This document shows, piece after piece, positions 1 to 12,046 of a DNA stretch of 64,000 bases (the first letter of the stretch is position 1; each line of letters begins with the position of its first letter). The position numbers were made by a program, and so were the translations under genes. Under the pieces are notes generated by a model. That model was not told the origin of the DNA, did no database searches, and saw only the letters and a list, made by a program, of their open reading frames with translations. This DNA is from Amoebophrya sp. A120 (taxonomy: Eukaryota > Protista > Dinoflagellata): the NCBI GenBank assembly GCA_905178155.1, contig CAJINV010000001.1, forward strand, positions 12,011,832 to 12,075,831, given 5' to 3'.

Positions 1-4
1 CTCA

Positions 5-2550
5 ATGCAGAAGAAGGTCAAGATATTGACTGGAGAATACGTCATATCGCGCACCGCACATGACCTCCGATCCTCGCAAAATCCTTCTAGGTACAGATCG
101 GAGCAGTCCTCGTCGCCCGCTGGTACTCCGGTCGCCCAGCCGTTTCTATTTGCGGAAGCGGAGCCCGCGACGGGCGGCCCTACCAGTAGCGAGAACGAAG
201 AGATTTCTCCGGAAGGGGACGAGCCTGATGAGCACATGGAAGCTTATCGTGATGCGGGTTCTCACAACTTTCGAGCCTCGGGGATAGAGGAAGGCGTGCA
301 GGGAGACGTGCGAGGTGACTTTTTGCGCACGTATGAGTCCGCGCTTCGCAATTTGCCGAGCAACAAGCGCCTGCTTGCCGAGCACTGGGACGTGCAGAAC
401 AACAACGAGCCGACGTCTCGAGCCTCCGCGGCGCAGAATCTTTTTGTGGGCGAAGAGGAACTACAACTGCAGAAGCCAGTCGCACTGCCACGCAGCAGCC
501 TGTTCGCAGAACAGGACCAAGAAGGACTGCAGAACGTGGAGGAGGAGGACTCCGTTGAGAATGACGTTCTTTCACAACAGGACGGAGTAGAAACGGATGA
601 GCAAAGACATGCGTCCTCTAGTGACAGCCAGCGGGTTGCGTCGAGAAAATCCTCCTCCCAGACAGGTTCTGGGGATGAAGGCAAAGGAAACGAAGCGGGA
701 GCCGGCGAGACTCCGTTTGTACCAGAGGAGCAGGCCCCTGACACGAGCGACAGAAAGCCGGGACAGTCTACTTCGGAGGGGCTCTCTTCGCGGATATTGA
801 AGGAGAGCCGTCGGAACAAAAACGCCAGCGCCCAGAAGCTGAGCCAGCGATCTTTGATGGAGGTTCCCGCCAAGTTCCGCACGGGTTTGGCCTTCCGCGT
901 GCCCACTTGCAGAGGGATCGATGCCACCAAAGCTGCTTCCAGTGGCGCGGTGGAAATGACACGGCGAGCAAGTTCCTCCCTGGTGGCGCAAACGCTGCAG
1001 CTGGTTGCAGAGGACAAGGCTTTTCTGCCTTTCTCGACGAAAAAGATGCTGGCCCGCGACTTCCGAACCGATCTGGCGCAGAAGCAGGATTCTCTACCGG
1101 CCGCGATGTTGCACGATCGACGTGACTTGGTCGCGAAAATGGGCGAGAACCTGGACAACGTGATCCCGTGGAAGCAGGCAACCTGGGAAGACAAGCTGAA
1201 AACCGCGACCGCGGACCAGTTTGTGTCGAATTCAAAGAAGTTGCGCAGTCTGATGCACGAACGCGAGGTGCAGGCCATGGGCAGTGACACTTCAACGAAC
1301 CAATGTCCCTGGCCGCTCGCCGAGCAGGCGGCGTGTCTGCAGCAACAGAACGCCGATGTCTGTCTGGCCAACAGCGAGCTGCCGTACGGGCCGCTTCGCC
1401 ATGCTGCCACCTTCGAGGGTGTGCACACAAGCTTAGTGTCCCGCTGCGTGGAGCATCCGAAGCTGCCGTTCGTCGGCACGGTAAGCGACGATAACACGTG
1501 GAAAATTACCGCAATCGAGTCGGGCGAAGTCGTCTTGACGGGCGCCGGTCACAAAGGCTGGGTCACGGACTTGGCTTTCCATCGCTGGGGCAATGTGGTG
1601 GTCACAACGGGTGTCGATCACTGCGTCAAATTGTGGAGCTTGCAGGAAGGTCTTCAGACAGAAAATGTTTTTTTTTTGATGCACGAAGAACGTTCGTTAA
1701 CATTAGTTACCATCGGTGCGACCTTGTGACGTCAAATGAAGATCAGCATCTTCCCTAATATGATTTTGCGCTTCGATCAGGTCGTTGCGTACACACTTTC
1801 GTCCCGGAAAATTGTCGAAATTTGTGGGCTTGTGCGGCGCACGACTTCTCGGATTTCTTTGCAGTCGCCGGCGACGACGGCGTGGCACGCGTTTACGACA
1901 TGGTGACAAGGAAGTTGCGGCAAAGCATGCGCGGACACGTGGGCGCGATTACGTCGTTGGTGTTCGAAAATTTTGGGAACCTACTCACCACGTCTTCCAA
2001 CGACAAGACGGCCTCCTTTTGGGACATGCGATCAGGAATTTGCGTCAAGACCCTACAAGGTGATGTGTGTCTTGTGCAAGTGACGCGTTAGTGGCGATGA
2101 CAGCATGAAATGTTTAGATATACCGCGTGCTTTTGTGTGTCCAAACCGAAATCAAAGAAAAGATGAAATACGATGCTTTATTCAGGTCACGTGGCCCCTC
2201 TAAACGCGGTCTCCTACGCTCCTGACAACCACTACGTGGTCACGGCAGACGAGGGCGGCAACTGTCGCATCTGGGACGTTCGCATGGCGCGGGAAACGCT
2301 TCGAATCGATTGCGGGCACACCGCCGCCCACGTGGCAAGGTTCGACTGTTCGGGCAAGAGCGTCGCCATCGGCTCCGGCGATGGAACGGTGCTGTTATTC
2401 GATGTGGAGCGGCAATGCTTCCTGCAGTCCTGCGACAAAGGAGATCCGTGCAGTGTAAATGATTTGTTTTGGAGCCGGGGCAACCAGAACCTAGTCACTG
2501 TCACGGCGAACGGATCGGTCGTTACCTGGAAGTCGTCTGCTCGGAAGTAG
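5..2550 (+). CDS. PF20/SPAG16-like WD40-repeat protein (flagellar central-apparatus family); exons 5-1649, 1781-2059, 2186-2550; may extend 5' of the window
   Basis: Three ORFs join in frame via GT-AG introns 1650-1780 and 2060-2185. C-terminal WD repeats (HPKLPFVGTVSDDNTWK, GHKGWVTDLAFH, GHVGAITSL..DKTASFWDMRSGICV, RFDCSGKSVAIGSGDG) resemble PF20/SPAG16 by recollection. Acidic low-complexity N-terminus. Confidence 0.8.
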
Positions 2551-3478
2551 CGGTGTCAGATGAATGGGGTTGCCATCACGTGTCATTTCTGGAACCTGGC
2601 AGCACAGTATGCCGAAGCTCCACTTCCAGCCAGTTAGATTTGAAAAATTTCGTTTCGTAAATTAATTTTGGAATGATCATGAACCAAATGCACAAGATTT
2701 GCGTCCGCTCTTGGGCGGACAGGGGATTCGAACTACCTTGTATGATTACATGTACTTTGGAAGAGGATGAAGTTTCAAGATTACAAAGTAGTTTGCACCG
2801 TGACCACCGTGAAGCGACACGGAAGCTTTCGAGCATCTCAAGTGAAAGTGTGTGCAATGCTACCGATCTTCATGTCTGTCTGTCTGTCATCGGTTTTCTC
2901 GGAAAGAGCGAGAGCCTCGGTCCATCTGCATTTCGGGCAAGTATTTATGTCTTTCTTGTCCACTACAAATATCGGCGAAACTTGTTTCGGTAATAAGATT
3001 GGAACGATTCTTTCTCCTAGAAAAAGCACACGAAGAAGGGAATAAAAGCCCGTCATGAGGACAGGGTGGATCTGAAGTGTATCGGTTCTTTCGGTCACAT
3101 TTATTTCGCTGATCCGTATGTGAAGCCGGAAACAAAAACAAAGCAGTGACTCGCTCTGAAGATGAACTATTGCGTACAATGATTGTACCCGACTTGATGA
3201 CGTCTCAAGTGTAGAAAAGTCACATTGATCCACATAGAAGAAGATCACTAGTCCTTAACCCGATGACCATTTCTCTAGAAAACTACGCAAAATATTTTCA
3301 CGGGCGCAAAAATGTCTCCGAGGGAGACTGATAAGTTACCTTTTACCAATCAAAAAAGCGTTGTCTGTGGGGCGACGTTCGCTTTGGTAGCGTATAGATA
3401 CATAGAAATACTTAACTGGTTTTGATAGTTTCTGTTCCACTTCACAGCACAGAAAAACCAACCTTACCCGCTGCGACC

Positions 3479-6400
3479 ATGTCGCGTGGTGCAGACCCAC
3501 GACAGGTGTCGTCCGACGTGGGGCTGTGGATGTACATGAACAGGACTGAACGGCGTAACCAGCTCGAGCCCCTGGACTATGACACCATCAATACTTGGCG
3601 AGACAGTGCGGGCATGGCCGAGGCACCGCCCTCCCCCGGCCCGCCACCAGTTTCCCCGCGCAACGGGGAGCAAGATCAGACGAACCTTTATTACGGTGGT
3701 GCAGAACAAAACTACTCCCCGTTCCTCGGCGCGGAGATGGAGCTGGAGCGGCAACAGACGGCCACCGTGCATAACCTTCCAGACGAGGTTGTTGCCTACA
3801 AGGAGCGGTCCGGTTCGTCGCTGGAGCCGTCGCCGACCAACGCCACCGCGACCGCCCGGCGGTCCCCGGTAAACGAGCAATTCGTGATCATGGACCCCGC
3901 AGCCGCGGTGAAGCGCAGAATAGAGCAGTTCAGTGGCGGAGACTACTTGCCCGGCCCGCGGCCGCTTACCTACAAGGACGGCATGGTGGCAGACAAGAAG
4001 ACGGGGCACTTGTATGTGCCCACCGCCTTGGATAAGAAGCTGGCGCGGCAACAGAGGAAGGAACGAAAACGGTGGGAGGAGACGGGCAGCTTGCACCAGC
4101 GTATCACGATGCAAAACTACCGGGACTTTGTCAATCCCGAGGAGGACAGGGCGCTGGTGCGGATGAGCAAGCGACGCGACATGCGCGAGGCTGTGCGGGG
4201 CGGGCATCTGGTGGATGCGAGAGATCTGTTTTTCCTGGGTCCCGCGGATTTGAAAAAGAAGTCTGATTTGGCTAAGCCTGGGATGATGCAGCGCATCCAG
4301 CGCAAGTCGACGCCAGAGGCGGATAGGGAAGAGAATTCTAGTACCAATACAGGAAGTGGAAATGTTAAAAGGAAGTCCTTCGGAGGTGGAAGCGATAATC
4401 AACACACCACCGAGGACATGGTTGCTATTCAGACCCCAAATGAAAAAGACCAGCAGGCCAAGAACACGAATCCGAATCTGAGTATGTACCCGGTTTATTC
4501 GGTGCGCGATTCGCAGGCGCAGCAGTACAACGTGCACAGCGGCGCGAATCTTTGGTCCGAGGCAAACAACTTCACGTCGTCGCTGATGCCACAAGATGGG
4601 GATTACGGCTACATAGACGACGAAGAGGAAGAGGACTACATATTGGACTCTGCTGCGCAAAAGATGAACATGGCAGCCGATTCCGCGGTTGGCGAGGACG
4701 ACTCTGACACTGACTTTGACGATGAGTTCTTCGCGCAAGAAGAGCCAAACTCCCAAGGTGGTCAGCCAGCGAGTTACGAGGTGCGATTGCAGGAGCAGAT
4801 GCGACAGCAGCGCCGGATGGAACTATGGGAGGCGCAGCGACGCCAGGAGTACCTGAACCTGCACAATGAGGTCCACCGGGAGGTTTTTGAATACGAGAAC
4901 CGGGGGCCGCGCAGTTACGAAAAGCAGCTGCGGCAGATGGAGGAAGACCGTTTTGCCGCTCTGCAGCGTGAGGCCCAGCAGCGAAACCAGTACGCCGCCT
5001 TATTTCAGCAGTTGGACGACGTGGAGCCGGCGCAGCCACTGCCGCCGAGTATCAACTGTAAAAATGTCTGGGTCTGGAAGATTGCCAGGTTTGTCATGCA
5101 TGTTTTGCATGACCCCTGACGTCTGTGATGCATGCCCTAGCATCACAGATTTTGTGAGGGCTACCTGATGCCTATACCGCATGACAAATGCTCTTTCAGT
5201 GCAGCAAAACTTGGACTCTCTTTCTTGCTGCTCATGCAATACAGATTTTTTTACAATCCAAAACCAGCATGACAAATTGGATTCTTCCAGACCCAGACAT
5301 TTTTACAGTTGATACCGAGCTACGAGGAGCGATTGTCGAGACTGCAGCAAGACTACGACAAGTTGGAGCTGAAACGGCAACAGGATTCCTCGTCCCGCAT
5401 CACGGATTTAAACGAGGCGATGCGGCACCATGAGGAGAAGCAGCCGGACAGTTTTGAGGACCGGCTCCGCCGCCAGGAGGAGCGGGACGCGCGAAAACGC
5501 GAGAACGTCCTGCGCGGGCGGGGCGGCGGGGCCGCGGGTGGCGCAGGTGTAGGCACCGGTGGTGGTGGTCACGAGAACATTTCTTATCCACTATCAGAGA
5601 CAAGTACGGGTGGGGGTGGACAAACCGGCTTGTCATCAACCGGTTCGCGTAGCCGCGCCCATCGTGCCTTCGATCTTCCGAGTAGTGCTTCGCCGCCACA
5701 ACTTGGAGCAGCGACTGTGAAAAATGCAGCACCAGGATTAGCAGCAAATAAGCAAGGTAGACCACCGGGCTCGCCGCTCCGGTGGTTTGAGGAGCCACAC
5801 GACCCGATTCCTGCCCGTCCGCCAAGCCTGAAGGTGCCCGACAAGTTGCCGTCCAACAATATTGTGTTGTCTCCGTCGACGGAATTGATTCACGACGGGG
5901 TGGTGACGAAAAAGCAGATTCAGATGCGGAATAGCGAACAAGAGCGGCCGTCGCTGGACGATTGGCACCCGTTGTGGCGCACGCCGACAATCCCGCTGGA
6001 CGAAGACGTGCTGAATTCGGAGGAGAATTCGCCTTTCCAAAAGCCGCAGGTGTACAACGGGGGTGCAGGAGGAGATACGGCGGGGAGTAGTAGCAACACC
6101 GGGATGAACATAAATTACAACCCATTCGAGGTGGGCCTGCTCGAGCCGAACACCGAGTCAACCGGGAACCAGACGTACAATACGGTCACGCACACGCCGA
6201 TGCCTTCCGAGCCGCGGACCATCCAAATTGCAGGCCGCATGGGAACTACGAACACCCCGACGACTTCGGCGTGGACCTCGGCGGAAACGGCAGCGACTAG
6301 TGGTCGTTCCTCGCCGGGCTCCAGGACGACCGGGATGATGAAACAAGAGAGAAACAGCAAGAAGCTGCAGGCTGTTCCCACCGCGGAACAGCTGCTCCAG

Positions 6401-6835
6401 ATGCGGGACGACGAGGAGGTCGTGCAGGACTACGTGCAGTCCGAGGATCAGGACTTCATCACGCCGCACGTGCAGCAGCATCTGCACAGCGGGAAGACGA
6501 AGCGGAGCTCGTTACCGGATTCGCAGGACCACGCGTGCCTGCGCGGGTCCTCCGATGCCTACTTCTCGGAGGCGAGCGGCGGTAAAATAAACAAGGGCGT
6601 GGCTTCTAAGGGCGCTGGGTCGAAGAGCAGCGCGAGGTCCGCGGGATCCAAATCGAAATCTGGAACATCTTCATCCTGGGTCCGCTTAAACTCAGAACAG
6701 CAGCTTAATGTCCCGGAAAGCGTAGCGCACACGGGCGACACTATGAACCTGTACAGCTCGCGAACAGATGTGAAAAACAGTAGAAAGTCTTCAAGATACA
6801 GCACGGCGTGCTGTGGCTGCGGACCCATGGATTAG
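3479..6835 (+). CDS. Hypothetical ~1030-aa coiled-coil/low-complexity protein split by a non-canonical inverted-repeat intron; exons ~3479-5049, 5320-6835
   Basis: ORFs 3422-5119 and 5309-6835 are in the same frame. Removing 270 nt (element plus one CCGAG) gives ...QPLPPSYEERLSRL.... C-terminal CCGCG cysteine cluster. Confidence 0.75.
5050..5314. mobile_element. Introner/MITE-like element copy 1 (265 bp)
   Basis: Perfect 32-bp TIR TATCAACTGTAAAAATGTCTGGGTCTGGAAGA (5050-5081 / 5283-5314); 5-bp direct repeat CCGAG at 5045-5049 and 5315-5319; in-frame stop inside at 5117-5119. Confidence 0.95.
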
Positions 6836-7940
6836 CGATACCTCGGTTACAGGTTTTTTAAGTGTTACTACAGCTTCCTGGTTGTGGTGTTGCAGGTTGC
6901 GCGGAGGAATTATTCTTCATGTTCAACATCTCGCTGCAATGTAAGCGAAGTCGTTTTGACTCGGGCACATAAGGAAGGAGAAAAATGATATGGTGCGCCG
7001 ATAGCGATAGCACTGAATGTGGTTTATTGTGTCGTTGATACGACCCCACAAACGACACAACGTTATATCGATTTTTTTTGTGGTGTGATGAATATAATAA
7101 TCGCAAACTAGAAAATCCGAAGCACTTGCTTCTCTAGCCATAATACTTACTTAACTTTTTTTTGATGCGCTGTCTGAAATATGTAGCTATCACGATTGCA
7201 CCTACAACCCTGTATATGATCTGTATCTGCTCCCCCTCTCTCTCTCCCTGTGGAGTACCGGGTAGATGACAGCTTGTATTTCCGTCATTTTTCTGGTCAT
7301 GTTCTGTCCAAGGTGGATCGAATAGGAAACAGAATCTTGACGGCTACAGTAGCATTTCGCGCCTTGTGTACCGCATATTAAAATTGCGCAGCACGAATAG
7401 CCAGAAGTAGTAGAGACACGGAAATATGCTTGTATACCAGAGGTGAGCTTGAGCCATAGCAGGTAGGTATTCTGAGGATGCGTGTCGACAGGGGTAGGTT
7501 GCAAAAAACAATTTTGGATATCAAGCAATGTATTATGTTTTGCTCGCCCGTCATCTTTTTGAAAAAAAGAGGTAGTTTTGCTTCGCATGCTACCGTCAAA
7601 TTTTGATGCGTTCTATGCGGGCAGGGAGAACAGCTCATGTGTCGTCGTAGGGCTTGGCTCGGTCGTTACACACTGGCATCCGCTCTTCCCGAGTACTGCG
7701 GAAAAGTAGGTTCACAAGCCTTAGTCGTGTTTGGGAAGGGAAAGACAATCTGAATCGTTTATCGTCGTGTCCCTAAATGGCGTCCGCGTTGGTCGTTTCA
7801 CCTAGTTTCGTGAATTTGGTTTGCGCAAGCCTGTGCCTATTCGTTGGTGTTGTGGTTTTGTGTCTTCTAGTGGGCCGTTTGGAGACATCACTTACTGTGT
7901 TTTTTTGAATAGCACCTGTCATGATTTTCTTCTGCACCTG

Positions 7941-10900
7941 ATGGCAACTACGCGGGAGCGGAGATTTTTGCAGCGCAGCCCGGCTGCGGCGCTGAGCTTC
8001 GAAGAGGAACTGCGATTGTTGCGGCAGCGGCGGTGGCCACAGATGCCTCAAGGGGGCTCCTGGAATCCGAGGTGCTTGTCCATTCCGTGGAGCGCGACAA
8101 AAAACTTCACTTCGTCCTCCGGAGCCCTCTACCACTCCCCTCCGCGTCGCGCTATGCTTTTTATGCAGAACGAAGGTGCCCCCACCCCGTCTGAGTCTGA
8201 CTACTCCAAGCTGTCTGCGGTTGGGAGAGTTCAGGACGGTTACACTGTTTTTCCTGAGGAGGTAGTCCGAGGCACCGGCACAGCCTCTTCGACAGTGGAA
8301 GACCCGGCGCAGCAGGAAGGTCGCGCAGCCGCCGGAGCAGCGTCGGGTGTGAACGTATCCGTGCGCTCGTCTGCTGCGGAACACATGAACGACTTTGTCG
8401 GGCGGGGGTCCTCCGAAATTCACAGCTACGAAACATATCCCGAGACAGCACTAAAAACACTCGACGTGGCACAAAAATCGTCCGAGAGCACTCATGCTCC
8501 TCCACAGTCCACTGAAGATGCACAGGCCTCAGTCCAATCGTTGCGCGCGGGTCTTGCCGAGCGGAGGGATCGCGAGGACGAGAACGGAAGTGCAACGACT
8601 GGGAAAATAAACAAAGATGACGCCAGCGCGGCGGGTATCATTGACGAGTCAGAGCACGAAGAAGACCAAGACGTAGACGGCACAGGTTCGCCACGACAAG
8701 GTCCGGATAACACGACTCCAGAAGTCGTGGACGAGTTGGTTAGAAGGGATGCAGAGGACGATGAAGGCATCGTTGACGAGATGGATCCGGAAATGGACGA
8801 GGCTGAGGCAGTCGAGAACGCGGGGGATGACGGCTTTGTCGGGGAAGATGTCGACCAGGAGGATGTTGATAACGACGAGCCAAACGAACCTTCGGTTGTC
8901 GAGGATTACGAAGATGCTGATGAAATTTTGCCGCAACCGGGCGACGACGGCACAGATCGCGACGGAGACGAGGAGGAAGCGCGGCGAACCCGGGAACAGA
9001 AGCGCAGCTTTTATTTGCAGAGTGCCGATGGACAGATCCAGGCGCTCGGCGACGACGCGATAAAAGCGAAGCTTGCCGCGCCTTTGTTCGGTCGGGACGC
9101 CGGGGGATGCAGTGATAGTCTGATCGTTCCGGCAAAGTGCGTCCGAAATTGGTTTTTTTGTGCTCCCAGTCGTCAGCAGATGCTCGCAGACCACAACCTT
9201 CCAGCGACTCGGGGCTGGAAGCTAACTGGTGAGGGAGCGCCACGGGCTTTCGAAAGTTCTCTCCTGTCGTTGGGAACTGTCGAAGGTGACAGAAGCTGCT
9301 CGTTCGCGTACCAATCTCGGCAGAAACTGCTCGACCGCATGGGCTCGGTGCTAGAGCACGTCGTTCGCAGTGACAATGGCATCGCGCACGGAGAGCATGC
9401 AGCCAATTTTGCGGAACGGCCAACCGTTCTAGGGGGTCGGGGAGAGTATCCGTGCCCATCGGTGCGCCGCATCACGCGATCACTCGGCAATGGACAAAAC
9501 GGATTTGCGTCTCCAGTGGAATTGTCACCCTCGCACTCGCGCCGCCTTCGCACTTTGATGCATGATTCCCATGACAGGAATCTTAACCCTGATGAAAAAG
9601 GTGACGGTGACGTGACAGAAAACGCTCAAACGGGGGCGACGTGGTCTCCGTCCACCATGGTGGACGCGAAAGCTGCTGATGCCCGCTCAGTGTGGCCCCT
9701 GGAAAGGCAGGCGCGTGCTTTGCAGAAGCTGCACAGGGAGCAGCTGGGCGAGTTTTGCAAGCGCAACCAGGAAGGAAAATTCGCTTTGTCATCCTTGTTT
9801 GATTCGCCCGACGATCGCAACAACGCCGAGCCCGAAGACAGCGAAAACACCGCACGCGACCGATGCGAGAAGCGGCGCCGAAAAATTAGCTCTTGGACGG
9901 TGCCTGAACAGGTATTGAACCACTCCGCAATCACAGTGTTCCAAGAACATCCGACTGAAAGCGCGATGGTATTCGGCACCGAGTCCGGGAATTGGCACGT
10001 AGCGAGGAGGGCAAGGGGGACCTCGTCGGAACAAGAAGACACAGTCGACGATGTGGCATCTTCGAAGGATGACGAGGCGAAGGGGGAGAAAGACCAGTAC
10101 ACGGTGTCTTTCACCCGGCAACACGCGCACCACGCCCCGGTCACGTCCCTCTCGTGCCACCCTCGCGGAAGAGTTTTACTCACAGCATCAGCCGATAGAT
10201 GTCTCCACCTATGGGATTTTCCAACAGAAGGAGAGCTAGAGGGTAAGATTCGAAGGATAGAAATGAGGATAGGTAGGATAGAAATCGATGTCGTACCTTC
10301 TCCACATGCTCGTCTTTTGTTTCAACGCAAGGGAAAGAAACAGTCTCACGACAATTCATGCGGCACAAGTGATTGTGAATCTCAACCCAACCTTTATCGA
10401 TCTGGCACAGGTGCTTCAACCGTGGAGGAAGGACACCAGAAACTCCCACGAGACCCGGTCCTTTCCCACGCTTCGGCGCACATGTCTCACTGTACGGCAT
10501 TTCACGACTTCTCTGATTTTTTCGCCTCTGCCGACAGCGACGGGAACATCCGTGTTTGGGATGTGAATCGTGGGTTCACGCGGGGGCCCTGTGTGACCAT
10601 TTTCGGGCACAAGGCCGAAGCGCGGTCAGTTTGCTTCGAGCACTTCGGAAACGAGATGGTGTCCGCCAGCGGCGACGGAACCGTTTCCCTGTTGGACATG
10701 CGTAGCGGCCTGTGTGTTGCAACGTGGGAACATGCGGAGGTTTCCTCTTCTATTAGGAGCCGCATCCCGCCTCAAAGCCAGTCGCGCGGACAGACCAGAG
10801 AAGACCACCTTCGAGTTGCTTCAGCCGCGCGATATGGTAAAAAGCATCAGCTCCCGCTGTCGTCGCTGAAGATGCCGGTGGAGTTCGAGGGCGTTAACCA

Positions 10901-11291
10901 TGCCTGTTTTTCGCCATCTAACGACTTGATTCTGTCCACCGCGGTCCAAGGGACCTGTCGACTGTGGGACAGACGGTTCGTGCGCAACAAACAGGAGCTC
11001 ATACGCCTCGACTGCGAAGGGAGCCCCGCTTTTAAGGCGTGTTTCGACTGGGGCACCATGGGGACGAGAAATCAGGTCGCCGTGTGCTGCCCCAGGGAAG
11101 TATTGGTTTTCGACATTCGGGAGCAAACTTTCCTTGGAGCGCTCGCGGTCCCAAGAAGTGCGACTTTGCCTTCAAGCAAACGGTTCTCCGATGTTGGCTT
11201 TTTCAAAGAAAATCGTAGCCTCACAGCAACGTGCGGAAACAGTTTCGTTTTCTGCGATCCCCTGCAAATGAGGCTTGATGAATCAGAATAA
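7941..11291 (+). CDS. Second, more divergent PF20/SPAG16-like WD40 paralogue; probable stop-free GT-AG intron 10243-10410
   Basis: Shares motifs with the 5-2550 gene (HDFSDFF, FE[HN]FGN, DMRSG[LI]CV, WPLERQARALQ vs WPLAEQAACLQ, LR[TS]LMH). First plausible ATG at 7941. Confidence 0.75.
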   Translation: MATTRERRFLQRSPAAALSFEEELRLLRQRRWPQMPQGGSWNPRCLSIPWSATKNFTSSSGALYHSPPRRAMLFMQNEGAPTPSESDYSKLSAVGRVQDGYTVFPEEVVRGTGTASSTVEDPAQQEGRAAAGAASGVNVSVRSSAAEHMNDFVGRGSSEIHSYETYPETALKTLDVAQKSSESTHAPPQSTEDAQASVQSLRAGLAERRDREDENGSATTGKINKDDASAAGIIDESEHEEDQDVDGTGSPRQGPDNTTPEVVDELVRRDAEDDEGIVDEMDPEMDEAEAVENAGDDGFVGEDVDQEDVDNDEPNEPSVVEDYEDADEILPQPGDDGTDRDGDEEEARRTREQKRSFYLQSADGQIQALGDDAIKAKLAAPLFGRDAGGCSDSLIVPAKCVRNWFFCAPSRQQMLADHNLPATRGWKLTGEGAPRAFESSLLSLGTVEGDRSCSFAYQSRQKLLDRMGSVLEHVVRSDNGIAHGEHAANFAERPTVLGGRGEYPCPSVRRITRSLGNGQNGFASPVELSPSHSRRLRTLMHDSHDRNLNPDEKGDGDVTENAQTGATWSPSTMVDAKAADARSVWPLERQARALQKLHREQLGEFCKRNQEGKFALSSLFDSPDDRNNAEPEDSENTARDRCEKRRRKISSWTVPEQVLNHSAITVFQEHPTESAMVFGTESGNWHVARRARGTSSEQEDTVDDVASSKDDEAKGEKDQYTVSFTRQHAHHAPVTSLSCHPRGRVLLTASADRCLHLWDFPTEGELEGKIRRIEMRIGRIEIDVVPSPHARLLFQRKGKKQSHDNSCGTSDCESQPNLYRSGTGASTVEEGHQKLPRDPVLSHASAHMSHCTAFHDFSDFFASADSDGNIRVWDVNRGFTRGPCVTIFGHKAEARSVCFEHFGNEMVSASGDGTVSLLDMRSGLCVATWEHAEVSSSIRSRIPPQSQSRGQTREDHLRVASAARYGKKHQLPLSSLKMPVEFEGVNHACFSPSNDLILSTAVQGTCRLWDRRFVRNKQELIRLDCEGSPAFKACFDWGTMGTRNQVAVCCPREVLVFDIREQTFLGALAVPRSATLPSSKRFSDVGFFKENRSLTATCGNSFVFCDPLQMRLDESE

Positions 11292-12046
11292 TGAAGTTCG
11301 ATGATCATGATGGGTTTTTTTGGAAAATGGGTCCTTTGTCAAAATTTTGGAGCGCCTTGGCTATCCAAAATGATGAATAACGGCAACGACTCTGGAAGCA
11401 GAAGCAAAACCTTGCAAGCGAACAAGGCTTGTTTCTTCGCTCTATGAAAAAGTTAGACGTTGCTTTTTCGTTGTGATCGTACAAACCGTGATGGCAAATC
11501 GGGTCGTGTAAAGCTTCGTGAATCGTTGAACTGACACAAAAGCTCCTCTTGATCGTGTTAGAAAATTGACTGCGTGGCGCAATGAAGGATGGAACATCAG
11601 CAATCCAATTCCAAGCCGCAGGTCATAAGACAGTCGGTCGTATGATGGATTATCAGGACACATGGTCGTACTCTCTCACTCTCTGACAAGGAAAATGTCA
11701 AATCTTCAAATGCGTGGTCAGTTTGCTTCGTGGCAATGAGAACAACGACATAAGAACATCAAGAACGGCCGGCGCGAGCGGGTATGCTCGTTTTGTTGAT
11801 GGTCTGCAATTGTTATGTGTAGATGTAGTGTGCTCGTCCAGATTTTCAATTTTTTTTGTTTTCTAACACAGACAGTCTCAAAGTGACGCACAGTCCCCAT
11901 GGCGTCTGCGGTTGTTTCTCACCGCGTGGATTGGTGCGTTGGAACGAGCACAACTCCGGGTCTGCATCCTGCCGCAGGGACGTTAGCTCTCGTATGTCAC
12001 CATCCCAGCGACAAGCAATCCTAGTCGGTTCACGACGAGGGTAACA

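Noticed and set aside
262-4756. Long minus-strand ORFs (262-1497, 3464-4756, and similar ones elsewhere)
   Set aside because: Antisense shadows of GC-rich + strand genes with no recognisable motifs.
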